The notes below the pieces were generated by a model that ran no database searches, was not told where the DNA came from, and worked only from the letters and a program-made list of their open reading frames with translations. The translations under genes and the position numbers were made by a program. A stretch of 64,000 bases of DNA from Nesterenkonia sp. (lineage in GTDB: Bacteria; Actinomycetota; Actinomycetes; Actinomycetales; Micrococcaceae), in NCBI RefSeq assembly GCF_029265375.1, contig NZ_JAJUJJ010000010.1, positions 11,531-75,530 of the forward strand. Direction: 5' to 3'. Shown here piece after piece: positions 48,581-58,800 of the stretch. The first letter of the stretch is position 1. Each line of letters begins with the position of its first letter.

Positions 48581-49508
48581 AGGCGGAGAGCACCGTGTCA
48601 ATATTGTGCTCCAGCAGATCCAGATAGCTGGGCACATCGCCGTCGGGTTCGGAGAGGGAGTCCACATACAGCGGCGGCCCCAGCTCTGCGCCGGTGGACT
48701 CGGCCACCTGCTCCTGCGGACCTGTGGGGACGGTGGATTCGCAGAACACCACCGGCACCTGGTGCTGCTTGACGAAGTCGATCTGCGCCTGCACCTGCTG
48801 CGGGGTGCCTTCGTTCTCGGCGTTCAGCGGCCACAGATAGTGCTCTGTCATCCCCAGGTCGTTGGCCAGATAGCTGAACGCCCCCTCGCAGGTGACCAGG
48901 AAGATCTCGCCGTCGATCTGCTCGGCCCGGGAGGCGGCGTCGGCGGCGATCTGCCGCAGCTGCTGGCGATACTGCTCAGCATTGGCGCTGAAGTGCTCCG
49001 CGTCCTGCGGCCAGCGCTCCGCCAGCGCCGCCTCAATCGTGTCCACATAGCTCATCGCCTGCACCGGTGAGATCCAGGCGTGCGGGTCGGTGGGAAGCTC
49101 CCCGCTGTGGGGATGCCCGGGGATGTGGGTGATCCGCTGAGCCTCCACGTCCTCGGTGGCGGTGATGACCTCGGCGTCTCCGTGCTGGATGAACTGCTCG
49201 AACCACGTCTCCAGGCCCAGCCCGTTGGCAATGATCAGTTCGGCCTCTGCGGCCGCGGCCACATCCGAGGGCGACGGGTCGTATTCGTGGACCTCCGCGC
49301 CGACGGGAGTGATGGTGTCCACAGCGACGCGGTCTCCCGCCACGGCGGAGGCGATATCGGCCAGCACACTGAACGTGGCGACCACCTCGGCGGACTCGCC
49401 GCGTTCGGCCGGTGAGCTCTGGCCGCAGGCGGATGCCGAGAGCAGCAGGGCTCCGGCGGCCAGCAGCGGTGCACCGGAGACCGGTGCGGAGATGCGGGGG
49501 CGAGGCAT
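48573..49508 (-). CDS. Mn ABC transporter substrate-binding lipoprotein (MntC/PsaA/TroA family)
   Basis: Lipobox ASAC; EVHEYDP, DPHAW, CEGAF, YVDSL give an H-H-E-D ligand set. Confidence 0.92.
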   Translation of the reverse strand: MPRPRISAPVSGAPLLAAGALLLSASACGQSSPAERGESAEVVATFSVLADIASAVAGDRVAVDTITPVGAEVHEYDPSPSDVAAAAEAELIIANGLGLETWFEQFIQHGDAEVITATEDVEAQRITHIPGHPHSGELPTDPHAWISPVQAMSYVDTIEAALAERWPQDAEHFSANAEQYRQQLRQIAADAASRAEQIDGEIFLVTCEGAFSYLANDLGMTEHYLWPLNAENEGTPQQVQAQIDFVKQHQVPVVFCESTVPTGPQEQVAESTGAELGPPLYVDSLSEPDGDVPSYLDLLEHNIDTVLSAYE

Positions 49509-49523
49509 GCCAACACCGTAGTG

Positions 49524-49537
49524 TTAGGCGTGCCTAA
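49524..49537. promoter_or_regulatory. DtxR/MntR-type operator
   Basis: TTAGGC-GT-GCCTAA palindrome just upstream of a -10 TACGGT-N6-ATG. Confidence 0.7.
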
Positions 49538-50406
49538 AAATCAACCTGATCTGGGTCGGATGCAGGTGCGTCGGAATCGGCGCTCGCGGAGGTGTGTTGC
49601 CCGGGACCATCCGGGCCGGAGAGCTGCTCCAGCACGCTGTGGTGCAGCAGACCGTTGGTCGCCAGCGCATTGCCTCCCGAGCAGCCCGGCTCATTGTCCA
49701 GGGAGGTGAAGACCCCGCCGGCCTCTTCGACGATCGGCACCAGCGCGGCCATATCGTAGAGCGCCAGCTCAGGCTCGGCAGCGATGTCCACCGCCCCTTC
49801 GGCCACCAGGCAGTAGGACCAGAAGTCTCCGAAGGCGCGGGTGCGCCACACCGCCTCGGTCAGCCCCATGAAAGCCTCCTGCCGGCCGATCTCCTTCCAC
49901 CCCTGCAGCGAGGAGTAGGAGAAGGATGCGTCAGCCAACTGGGAGACCTTGGAGACGTGCAGCTGACGCGCTGCCGAGAGCGACTTGCCGGTGTAGGCCC
50001 CGCCGTCCTTCGCCGCCCACCAGCGCCGCCCCAGTGCGGGAGCAGAGACGACGCCGACCACCGGCTGTCCGTGCTCCACCAGCGCGATCAGCGTGGCCCA
50101 CACCGGGACGCCGCGGATGAAGTTCTTCGTCCCGTCGATCGGGTCGAGCACCCATCGCCGCGGGCCGGACCCGGATTCGCCGAACTCCTCGCCCAGGACC
50201 GCGTCCCGTCCCCGGGCGCGGCTGAGCTGCGAGCGGATGAGCTCCTCGGCGGCCCGGTCGGCGACGGTCACCGGAGTCAGGTCCGGTTTGGTCTCCACCT
50301 CAAAATCCATGGAGGAGAAGTACTGCATGGTCTGAGCGTCGACGGAGTCGGCGATCATATGGGCCAGACGCAGATCTTCGGTGTAGGGGCTCGAGGCTAA
50401 ACTCAT
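49534..50406 (-). CDS. hisN: Histidinol-phosphatase (IMPase family)
   Basis: KPDLTPVTVADR, GEEFG, WVLDPIDGTKNF, RGVPVWATLI, RAFGDFWSY. Confidence 0.93.
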   Translation of the reverse strand: MSLASSPYTEDLRLAHMIADSVDAQTMQYFSSMDFEVETKPDLTPVTVADRAAEELIRSQLSRARGRDAVLGEEFGESGSGPRRWVLDPIDGTKNFIRGVPVWATLIALVEHGQPVVGVVSAPALGRRWWAAKDGGAYTGKSLSAARQLHVSKVSQLADASFSYSSLQGWKEIGRQEAFMGLTEAVWRTRAFGDFWSYCLVAEGAVDIAAEPELALYDMAALVPIVEEAGGVFTSLDNEPGCSGGNALATNGLLHHSVLEQLSGPDGPGQHTSASADSDAPASDPDQVDF

Positions 50407-50497
50407 GCCCCCAGGCTACGGCCACCGAGCGCCGTTCCGGGGTGTTTGCGCCTAGAGGCACCGCCGTTTCTGCCGGTGCGACGGCGCACTGGCGAGC

Positions 50498-51604
50498 TCA
50501 GGGGCTCCCGAGCTTCTTCTCCGCCGCCGATTCCTCGCCGCCGGAAAGCGAGGCCAGCAGACCGCGCAGGCTGGCCAGTCGGGCCGGGCCGTGCTCACCG
50601 GCGTGTCCGGCGTGGACGTAGGCGTCCAATGCGCAGCCGCCGGCCGGGGACTCGTGGGCGCAGCCGGGCTCGCAGTCGGCGCTTCCGTCCACCAGGTCCT
50701 CGAAAGCGGCCAACACGTCGTCGGGATCCACATGCGCCAGTCCGAAGGTGCGCACCCCCGGGGTATCGATCACCCAGGAGTCCCGGGCCCGGTGGGCGTT
50801 CAGCTCGCCAGCCGGCTGCAGATTCAGCGCCACCGCGGAAGAGGACGTGTGCCGTCCGCGGCCGGTGACCGCGTTGACGCCCCCGGTAGCGCGGTCGGCG
50901 CCGGTGAGCGCGTTGACCATAGTGGACTTGCCCACCCCCGAATGGCCGATCAGCGCGGTGATCTTATCCGCCAGCATGCCCCGCAGCCGGTACACTGCCT
51001 CCGGCTCCAGCTGCTCGGAGCCAGACGCCAGGCCGGAGATCACCGTGGTCAGCTCCAGTTCGGTGTAGTGGGAGACCAGGCCCGCCGGGTCCTGGGGGTC
51101 TTCGGCCAAATCCGCCTTGGTGATCAGCAGGATCGGCTCGATGCCGGCGTCATAGGCTGCCACCAGCGCACGGTCGATGAACCCGGTGCGGGGCTCCGGG
51201 TCCGCCGCGGCGACGACGATCAGCAGCTGGTCGGCATTGGCCACCACCACACGTTCGGCGTCGTCGGTGTCATCGGCTGAGCGGCGCAGCAGGGTGCTGC
51301 GGGGCTCTATGAGCACCAGCCGCGCCAGCGTGCCCTCCGCCCCAGAGGTATCGCCGACCAGCCGCACCATGTCCCCGGGAACCACCGGGGTGCGGCGCAG
51401 CGCTTTGGCGCGCACAGCGGTGACCACCCGGTCCGACTCGCCGTGTTCGAGCATCGCGCAGGTGTACCGGCCGCGGTCCACCTGCACCACCCGGGCCAGC
51501 TCGGCGTCATGGTAGTCCGGAGACTCCTTGGTGCGCGGCCGCGAGCCTTTCTTATTCGGGCGTACGCGCACCCGGGACTCGTCCCAGGAATCCCAGCGGC
51601 TCAC
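50498..51604 (-). CDS. rsgA: Ribosome small subunit-dependent GTPase RsgA
   Basis: OB-fold, VVANAD, TKAD, GHSGVGKS, GRGRHT, DTPG, Cys/His Zn motif. Confidence 0.95.
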   Translation of the reverse strand: MSRWDSWDESRVRVRPNKKGSRPRTKESPDYHDAELARVVQVDRGRYTCAMLEHGESDRVVTAVRAKALRRTPVVPGDMVRLVGDTSGAEGTLARLVLIEPRSTLLRRSADDTDDAERVVVANADQLLIVVAAADPEPRTGFIDRALVAAYDAGIEPILLITKADLAEDPQDPAGLVSHYTELELTTVISGLASGSEQLEPEAVYRLRGMLADKITALIGHSGVGKSTMVNALTGADRATGGVNAVTGRGRHTSSSAVALNLQPAGELNAHRARDSWVIDTPGVRTFGLAHVDPDDVLAAFEDLVDGSADCEPGCAHESPAGGCALDAYVHAGHAGEHGPARLASLRGLLASLSGGEESAAEKKLGSP

Positions 51605-53094
51605 CGGTCCACCAGCGCCTGCCAGGCCGCCGGGAAGTCCGGCATCGTCTTGGCGGTGCAGGCGATGTCTTCGACCGCCACGCCGTCCACGCCCAGCCCT
51701 ACCACCGCGGCGAAGGTCGCCATACGGTGATCGGCGTAGCTGCGCACCACTGCGCCGCGGCGTACCGGAGCCAGTACGCGGAAGCCGTCGTCGGTCTCCT
51801 CCGCCGCTCCGCCCAGACGGCGGATCTCAGTCACCAGGGCGGCGATGCGGTCAGTCTCATGCCCACGCAGATGACCCACGGAGGTGAACTTGGTCTCCTG
51901 GCTGCAGAGTGCGGCCAGCGCCGCCACCGTGGGGGTCAGTTCCGCGGTGGCGTCCACGGTGCCGGGGGAGACCAGCCGCTCGGGTCCGCGCACACGCAGG
52001 GTCGCGGTGGCGGCCGCGCGAGCCTCAGGGTCCCGCGGCGGCTCCTCAGTGAGGGTGACCTCGCAGCCGAAGCTGCGCAGCAGATCCGGCCAGCGGCGCC
52101 CGATCTGGGTGGTGGAGACCGGCCAGCCCGGCATAGTGACCTCTCCGCCGGTGACCGCTGCGGCGCAGAGGAAAGGACCAGCATTGGAGAGGTCCGGCTC
52201 CACCCGGGCGGTGAAGCCGGGGATCGGCCCGGGGTCCACCTCCCACACATACGGCTCGGGGGACCGCACGCTCACGCCCAGCTCCTGCAGCACGCGCACG
52301 GTCATCTCCACATGCTCCAGGGACGGCACCTGCGAGCCGGAATGGCGCAGCCGCAGCGGGCCGGCGAAGCGGGGGGCCGCCAGCAGCAGACCGGAGACGA
52401 ACTGGCTGGAGGCAGAGGCATCCACAGTGATCTCGCCCCCGCTGAGCCGGCCGGAGCCGCGCAGGGTGAACGGCAGGAACCCGTCGGAGGCGTGCGGTAC
52501 GACGTCGACTCCGAGTTCGCGCAGGCCGTCCAGCACTGCCCCCATCGGGCGCACCCGGGCCTCCGGGTCGCCGTCGAAGAGCACCTCGCGCCCGGTCAGC
52601 GCGGCCACGGCCGGCACGAAGCGCATCACAGTGCCGGCCAGCCCGCAGTCGATGCGCACGGGATCATCCTGCGGTGCAGCATGCTGCGGCGTGGACTTCT
52701 GGGGTGCGGCACGCTGCGGTACGGACTCATGCTGCGGTGCAGCACGCCGCGGTACGGACTCATCCCGCGCTGTACCACGCTGCTGCGGCTCGGGGTCGCC
52801 CCCGGCGTCGTCGAAAGGGATCGGTGTGATCCGCACCGCCGGTTCGCCGCTGCCGTGGGGGTCACCCAGGTGCTCCACTCCGGCGCCGAGCTGGCGGAGG
52901 GCAGCAAGCATCAGCTCGGAGTCCCGGGACTGCAGGGGATTGACCACTGTGCTGGCAGATTCCGCCAGGGCGGCCAGCAGCAGATAGCGGTTGGTCAGCG
53001 ACTTGGAGGCGGGCACTCGGACGCGCCCATACACTGGTGCTCCCGGTCTCGGAGCCAGCCATGGGGCGTCCGAGTCCGGGGGCACAGCGGTCAC
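51601..53094 (-). CDS. aroA: 3-phosphoshikimate 1-carboxyvinyltransferase with an internal repeat insertion
   Basis: SKSLTNR, DCGLAGTVMRF, RPMG, SASSQFVSGLL, LRGHETDRI, DHRMA, KTMPDF. Confidence 0.96.
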   Translation of the reverse strand: MTAVPPDSDAPWLAPRPGAPVYGRVRVPASKSLTNRYLLLAALAESASTVVNPLQSRDSELMLAALRQLGAGVEHLGDPHGSGEPAVRITPIPFDDAGGDPEPQQRGTARDESVPRRAAPQHESVPQRAAPQKSTPQHAAPQDDPVRIDCGLAGTVMRFVPAVAALTGREVLFDGDPEARVRPMGAVLDGLRELGVDVVPHASDGFLPFTLRGSGRLSGGEITVDASASSQFVSGLLLAAPRFAGPLRLRHSGSQVPSLEHVEMTVRVLQELGVSVRSPEPYVWEVDPGPIPGFTARVEPDLSNAGPFLCAAAVTGGEVTMPGWPVSTTQIGRRWPDLLRSFGCEVTLTEEPPRDPEARAAATATLRVRGPERLVSPGTVDATAELTPTVAALAALCSQETKFTSVGHLRGHETDRIAALVTEIRRLGGAAEETDDGFRVLAPVRRGAVVRSYADHRMATFAAVVGLGVDGVAVEDIACTAKTMPDFPAAWQALVDR

Positions 53095-53116
53095 AGAACT
53101 GTTCAGGGCTCGACCT

Positions 53117-53749
53117 TCAGGAGGAGACCTTCTTGGCTTCCTTGGCGGCCTGGGAGGCAGCCTTCTTGGCCTGCTTCTCCGCCTGGCGGAAGGCCTTGCG
53201 GGCGTCCTTCTCCCAGGCCTTCAGAGTGCCGGTGGCGTCGTCGCCGAGGTCCTCGGCCCACTTCATGGTCTTCTCGCCGAACTTGGCGCCCTTCTTCTGG
53301 GCGCGCTTGGAGATGTGCTCGGCACGCCAGGCCAGCGAGGGCCGGCCGTTGAGATCCACCATCGCCAGGCCGAGACCGCCGAGGATGGAGATGTTCTTCA
53401 GCAGGGTGGTGCGCTGGGCGGCGACGTCGGCCTCAGAGTCCACCGGGGCTGAGCGGTATTCGGCATAGGAGTTCAGCTTATGCGCACCGGCGAGGGTGAA
53501 CGCCGCCAGTCGCGGGAACTTGCCCAGTGCCAGCAGGGCCCCTGCACCAACCTGGACACCGCCGAGAACCTGGGCCGCCAGGCGGGGATTGGAGGTCACC
53601 GGCTCGGCCTGCGGGACGATAGAGGCGATCTCCTGCAGGGGAGTGCGCAGCTCTTCGGCCGCCTCGTCGGGCCGGCGCAGACGGTCCACGCCGCCGGCGA
53701 TGAAGCTGGCTCCCAGCAGCGGGCGGGCGACTTTGCGGATCAGAGTCAT
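53117..53749 (-). CDS. DoxX-family membrane protein
   Basis: [35 protein letters not shown]. Confidence 0.8.
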   Translation of the reverse strand: MTLIRKVARPLLGASFIAGGVDRLRRPDEAAEELRTPLQEIASIVPQAEPVTSNPRLAAQVLGGVQVGAGALLALGKFPRLAAFTLAGAHKLNSYAEYRSAPVDSEADVAAQRTTLLKNISILGGLGLAMVDLNGRPSLAWRAEHISKRAQKKGAKFGEKTMKWAEDLGDDATGTLKAWEKDARKAFRQAEKQAKKAASQAAKEAKKVSS

Positions 53750-53829
53750 GCTTCTCCTCCTCGGACGGGCAGGCCGGACGGCCCACGCCGGAATTCGGCT
53801 GTGTTCGGGACCAATCTATCAAGCACCGC

Positions 53830-53855
53830 GGAATGTGGCAGGCCCCGCCGTCGTT
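53830..53855 (+). promoter_or_regulatory. SigH/SigR-dependent autoregulatory promoter
   Basis: GGAAT-N18-GTT, 9 nt before an in-frame ATG at 53865. Confidence 0.75.
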
Positions 53856-53927
53856 GTTCTGCACATGAGTGTGGCAGCGATGGCACCGGCGGCGCCGACG
53901 GCGCGGATACGCGTAGACTCGTGGGCA

Positions 53928-54560
53928 ATGAGTGAGCGCCCTACAGTTTCAGATGCCGCGGCGGAGACGGACGTGGCCGCAGAGACCGACGCCGAGCGCC
54001 GGGCGCGGTTCGAGCGCGAGGCCCTGCAGTACGTCGACCAGCTCTATTCGGCGGCGATGCGGATGACGCGCAATCCCCAGGATGCCGAGGACCTGGTCCA
54101 GGAGGCTTACACCAAGGCCTATTCCGCGTTCCACCAGTACAAGCCCGGCACCAACCTCAAAGCGTGGCTGTACCGGATTCTGACCAACACCTATATCAAT
54201 ATCTACCGCAAGCGGCAGCGGCAGCCGCAGCAGGCCAACACCGAGCAGGTGGAGGACTGGCAGATGGCTCAGGCTGCCGAGCACACCTCCACCGGCCTGC
54301 GCTCGGCCGAGGCGGAGGCGCTGGACCACCTGCCGGACTCCGACGTCAAAGAGGCGCTGCAGCAGATTCCGGAGGAGTTCCGTCTGGCGGTCTACTTCTC
54401 CGATGTGGAGGGCTTCGCCTATAAGGAGATCGCCGAGATCCTCAACATCCCCATCGGCACTGTCATGTCTCGCCTGCACCGCGGCCGGAAGCTGCTGCGC
54501 TCGCTGCTGGCCGACTACGCCCGCGAACGCGGCATCACCCGAGGGGAGGGCCGGGCATGA
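53928..54560 (+). CDS. sigH: ECF sigma factor SigH/SigR
   Basis: [48 protein letters not shown]; followed by a ZAS anti-sigma. Confidence 0.93.
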   Translation: MSERPTVSDAAAETDVAAETDAERRARFEREALQYVDQLYSAAMRMTRNPQDAEDLVQEAYTKAYSAFHQYKPGTNLKAWLYRILTNTYINIYRKRQRQPQQANTEQVEDWQMAQAAEHTSTGLRSAEAEALDHLPDSDVKEALQQIPEEFRLAVYFSDVEGFAYKEIAEILNIPIGTVMSRLHRGRKLLRSLLADYARERGITRGEGRA

Positions 54561-54832
54561 GCACCGAGAACTGCCGAGACTGTGAGACCAAGGCGGAGGC
54601 CGCCGAGCGGCTGGAGCGCATCTACGAATACTTGGACGGTGCGCTCTCGCGGGCGGATCTCCAGGAGGTGCAGGCCCATCTGAACGACTGCCCCGAATGC
54701 GCCTCCGACTATGACCTGGAGTGCGTGATCCGCACGGTGGTGCGCCGCTCCTGCGTGGAGCAGGCGCCGGAGACTCTGAAGGTCACCATCATCGAGCGGA
54801 TCAGCCAGATCAAGACCGACGCCGGCCACTGA
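54557..54832 (+). CDS. rsrA: Zn-binding redox anti-sigma factor RsrA/RshA
   Basis: [14 protein letters not shown] (HxxxCxxC), RRSC. Confidence 0.92.
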   Translation: MSTENCRDCETKAEAAERLERIYEYLDGALSRADLQEVQAHLNDCPECASDYDLECVIRTVVRRSCVEQAPETLKVTIIERISQIKTDAGH

Positions 54833-54888
54833 GGCCGCGGCCCCGAGCCGGACCGCGTCCGCAGCCGAGCAGCGCCCTCAGCCGAACC

Positions 54889-54971
54889 GCGGCCACGCCC
54901 GAATAGCGGCTACGCCCGAATAGCGGCCCCAGCTTTTCACATCAGCCCCGAATCGGGGCCGCAATGAAAAG
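54889..54971. repeat. 17-bp tandem duplication followed by a nested hairpin
   Basis: gcggc(c/t)acgcccgaata twice (54889-54922); cttttca...gccccg-aat-cggggc...tgaaaag (54933-54971). Confidence 0.6.
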
Positions 54972-55061
54972 TGAGGGACGCGACCGCGCCGGATCCGGGT
55001 GGGCGGAGACGTTGGCGGCCCTGTGGCTGGGCACAGCGCCGACCCCCTGCCCGGCATGAAG

Positions 55062-55111
55062 AAAGCCCCCACGGTGGGTGAAGTCGATGCTTCACACAGC
55101 GTGGGGGCTTT
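55062..55111 (-). terminator. Intrinsic terminator downstream of bL37 (possibly bidirectional)
   Basis: aaagcccccacg / cgtgggggcttt 12-bp arms with an inner gtgaag/cttcac stem. Confidence 0.75.
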
Positions 55112-55123
55112 GCAGTCTTCTGC

Positions 55124-55198
55124 TCAGGAGTTCGGCCGCTTGCCGTGGTTGGCCTTGTTCTTGCGGCGGTCCTTACGCTTGCGTCCGCGCTTGCTCAT
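55124..55198 (-). CDS. 50S ribosomal protein bL37 (24 aa; not in the ORF track)
   Basis: MSKRGRKRKDRRKNKANHGKRPNS with GAGGAG RBS; position after sigH-rsrA is typical for actinobacteria. Confidence 0.92.
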   Translation of the reverse strand: MSKRGRKRKDRRKNKANHGKRPNS

Positions 55199-55240
55199 GG
55201 CAGACTCCTCTCGTAGGCAACTCGGCCCAGTTTACCGCAT

Positions 55241-55867
55241 TCAGCCGGCGCCGCTGGGCTCGGGCAGCTGCAGCCACTGGTACCAGCCCCGGTGCAGCAC
55301 CAGCCAGGCGATGAGCCCATAGCCGGACTGCCCGGGCCGGCCTCCGTTGGCCGCCAGATCCTCGCGCCACTGCTGGTGGTCCACCAGCGGGGTGAAGGCA
55401 TCCACATACGGGTGGCTGCGGCGGGTCGCCACGTCCTCGTAGGCCTTGTTCAGCTGCGCGATGCGCCGGTTGTGGTCGGCATCCAGCCCAGGCAGCGGGC
55501 CCACCACCAGGCAGCGGATGCCCTGCTGGGTCGCACGGTCGAGCACATTGGCCAAGTTCAGCCGGGCGCGGGCGGAGGAGGCGCTGATCAGGTCGGCGTC
55601 GTTGAGCGCGATGAGCAGAAAGTTCTCCGTCTCCGGGCCGAAGCGGGCTGAGGCCTCAGCCTCCCACCGCTTGGAAAGCGCCTCGGTGCCCTCACCGGGA
55701 ACCGCCAGCACATACGGCTGCAGCACCAGGTCCTCAGACTGGGTCTTGGAGAGCACACGACCCACCCATCCCAGAGCGCGCGGGTCGCCGACGCCGGTGA
55801 GCAGCTCATCGCCGACGACGACCAGGCGAATCTCCCGCTGTGCTGAAGGATCCTCCATACCGCTCAC
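55241..55867 (-). CDS. SGNH/GDSL-fold protein lacking the canonical catalytic residues
   Basis: VVVGDELLTG (GDS to GDE), LNDA block III, NGGRPGQSGY in place of DxxHP; GTGA overlap with kgd. Confidence 0.8.
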   Translation of the reverse strand: MSGMEDPSAQREIRLVVVGDELLTGVGDPRALGWVGRVLSKTQSEDLVLQPYVLAVPGEGTEALSKRWEAEASARFGPETENFLLIALNDADLISASSARARLNLANVLDRATQQGIRCLVVGPLPGLDADHNRRIAQLNKAYEDVATRRSHPYVDAFTPLVDHQQWREDLAANGGRPGQSGYGLIAWLVLHRGWYQWLQLPEPSGAG

Positions 55868-58800
55868 AGATCCAGGTGGGGGAAGGCTTCGCTGATCAGA
55901 TTCTCCAGCTCCTGGGCGTGCCGCTTGGCCTGACCCACAGAGGTGGCCGCCGACTCAGGGCGAGCCACCAGCGTGATGTCCTGCTTCAGCTGCGGGGCGA
56001 AGTTCATCCCGAAGAACGGCCACGGGCCCTGATTCTCCGGTTCGTCCTGGGCGTAGACGAACTGCGCGTCCTCCGGGTAGCGGTCCAGCTCGGCCTGCAG
56101 CTGCTCCACCGGCATCGGGTAGAGCTGCTCCAGCCGAACAATGGCGGTGGTGTCGTCGTCGTGCTTGGACCGGGTGGCCAGCAGGTCGTAGTACAGGCGG
56201 CCCGAGACCACCAGCACCCGCTTGACCTTGGCCGGGTCCACGCCGTCGTCGCCGATGACCTCCTGGAACGAGCCGGTGGTGAAGTCCTGCACCTGGTTGG
56301 CCGCGGCCTTCAGCCGCAGCAGCTGCTTGGGGCTGAAGACGATCAGCGGCCGGCGCGGCCGGGTCACTGCCTGGCGCCGCAGCAGGTGGAAGTAGTTCGC
56401 TCCCGAGGAGGGCATCACCACGGTCATATTGTCCTCAGCGCACAGCTGCAGGAACCGCTCCGGGCGCCCCGAGGAGTGGTCCGGGCCCTGGCCCTCGTAG
56501 CCGTGGGGGAGCAGCATGACCAGCGAGGAGCGCTGACCCCACTTCTGCTCCGCGGTGGCGATGAACTCGTCGATGATGATCTGGGCACCGTTGACGAAGT
56601 CGCCGAACTGGGCCTCCCACAGCACCAGGGAGTTGGGGTTCTCCACGGAGTACCCGTACTCGAAGCCCAGTGCCGCATACTCCGAGAGCAGCGAATCGTA
56701 GATGAAGAATCGGGCCTGGTCCTCGGTGAGGTTCTTCAGCGGGTACCACTCGTCCCCGTTGATCCGGTCGTGGAAGACCGCGTGGCGCTGCACGAAGGTG
56801 CCGCGGCGGGAGTCCTGGCCGGCCAGGCGGACCTCGGTGCCCTCCATCAGCAGCGAGCCGAAGGCCGCGATCTCTGCAAAGCCCCAGTCGATGCCGCCTT
56901 CGCGGGCCATCTTCGCGCGCTTCTCCAGCAGAGACTTCAGCTTCGGGTGAGGAGTGAAGCCCTCGGGGATATTGGTGTGCACCTCCCCGATATGGGCCAG
57001 GGTCTCCTCCGAGATGGCGGTGTCCTGCGGCGAACGCTCCGGGGTCTCGTCCTCCGCCTCCGAGGCGGTGGGGGCCACATCGGAGCTGGAAGCGCCGCCG
57101 CCGTCCTGAACTGTGGAGACCGGCTGGGTCTGAGCGGCGTGGGTCTCGGTGAACACCCGCTCCAGGCGCTGCCGGTAGTCCTGCAGGGCCTGGTCGGCCT
57201 CTTCCTGGGTGATGTCGCCGCGTCCGACCAGCGCCTCGGTGTAGAGCCGGCGGGTGGTGCGCTTGGCTTCGACCAGGTTGTACATCTTCGGCTGGGTCAT
57301 CGAGGGATCGTCGCCCTCGTTGTGACCGCGGCGGCGGTAGCAGACCAGGTCGATGACCACGTCCTTGTTGAACCGCTGACGGTAGCGGAAGGCCAGCTGC
57401 GCCACCCGGGCCACGGACTCGGGATCGTCAGCGTTGACGTGGAAGACCGGTGCCTGAATGGCCTTGGCCATATCCGTGGAGTAGGTCATCGACCGCGCCG
57501 AGGACGGCGGGGTGGTGAAGCCCACCTGGTTATTGACCACCACATGAACGGTGCCGCCGGTGCGGTAGCCGCGCAGCTGGGACATGTTCAGCGTCTCGGC
57601 CACCACGCCCTGTCCGGCGAAGGCGGCGTCGCCGTGGATCAGCAGCGGCATGACCGAGAAGCTGTTCACATTGTCAGCGCCTTGGTCCAGCCGGTCCTGC
57701 ATCGCGCGGACCACACCCTCCAGCACCGGGTTGACCGCCTCCAGGTGCGAGGGGTTCGCGGCCAGGTAGACGCGGGTGGTGTTGCCCTTGTCCGAGGTGA
57801 AGGAGCCGCGGGTGCCCAGGTGGTACTTCACATCACCGGAGCCCGTGCCGGCCTCGCGGCCTTCGAACTCCCGGAAGACCTGCGCATAGGTCTTGCCGGC
57901 GATATTGGTCAGCACGTTCAGCCGTCCGCGGTGGGCCATGCCGATGGCCACCTCGTCCAGCCCTTCGTCGGCGGCTTCGGAGAGCACAGTGTCCAGCAGC
58001 GGGATCAGCGACTCGGCGCCCTCCAGGGAGAACCGCTTCTGCCCGACAAACTTGGTCTGCAGGAAGGTTTCGAAAGCCTCGGCGGCATTGAGTCGGCCCA
58101 GGATGCGGAACTGCTCGTCCCGGGTGGGCTTCTCATAGGGGTGCTCGATCTCGTTCTGGAACCACTTGCGCTCTTCGGGCGACTGGATGTGCATGTACTC
58201 GATGCCGGTGCTGCGGCAGTAGGTGTCCCGCAGCACACCCAGGATGCTGCGCAGCGGCAGCGACTGCTTGCCTCCGAAGCCTCCGGTGGGCCATTCCCGG
58301 TCCAGGTCCCACAGGGTCAGACCGTGGTTCTCGATGTCCAGGTCCGGGTGGAAGCGCATCTTGTACTCCAGCGGGTCCACGCTGGCCATCAGATGGCCGC
58401 GCACCCGGTAGGAGTGGATCAGCTGCTGGATGCGGGCGACCTTGTTGATCTGCTCCTCAGGGTTGACCTGAATATCGGCAGACCAGTGGATCGGCTCGTA
58501 CGGGATCCGCAGCGCCTCGAAGATCTCCTCGTAGAACCCGTCCTTGCCCAGCAGCAGCTCGTGGATGGTCTTGAGGAACTCACCGGAGCCGGCGCCCTGG
58601 ATCACTCGGTGATCGTAGGTGGAGGTCAGGGTGATGATCTTGGAGACCGCCAGGTTGTTCAGCGTCTTCTCGCTGGCACCCTGGAACTCAGCCGGGTACT
58701 CCAGGGCACCGACGCCGACGATGACGGCCTGTCCCTTGGACAGCCGCGGCACCGAGTGGACGGTGCCGATGCCGCCGGGGTTGGTCAGCGAGACGGTGGT

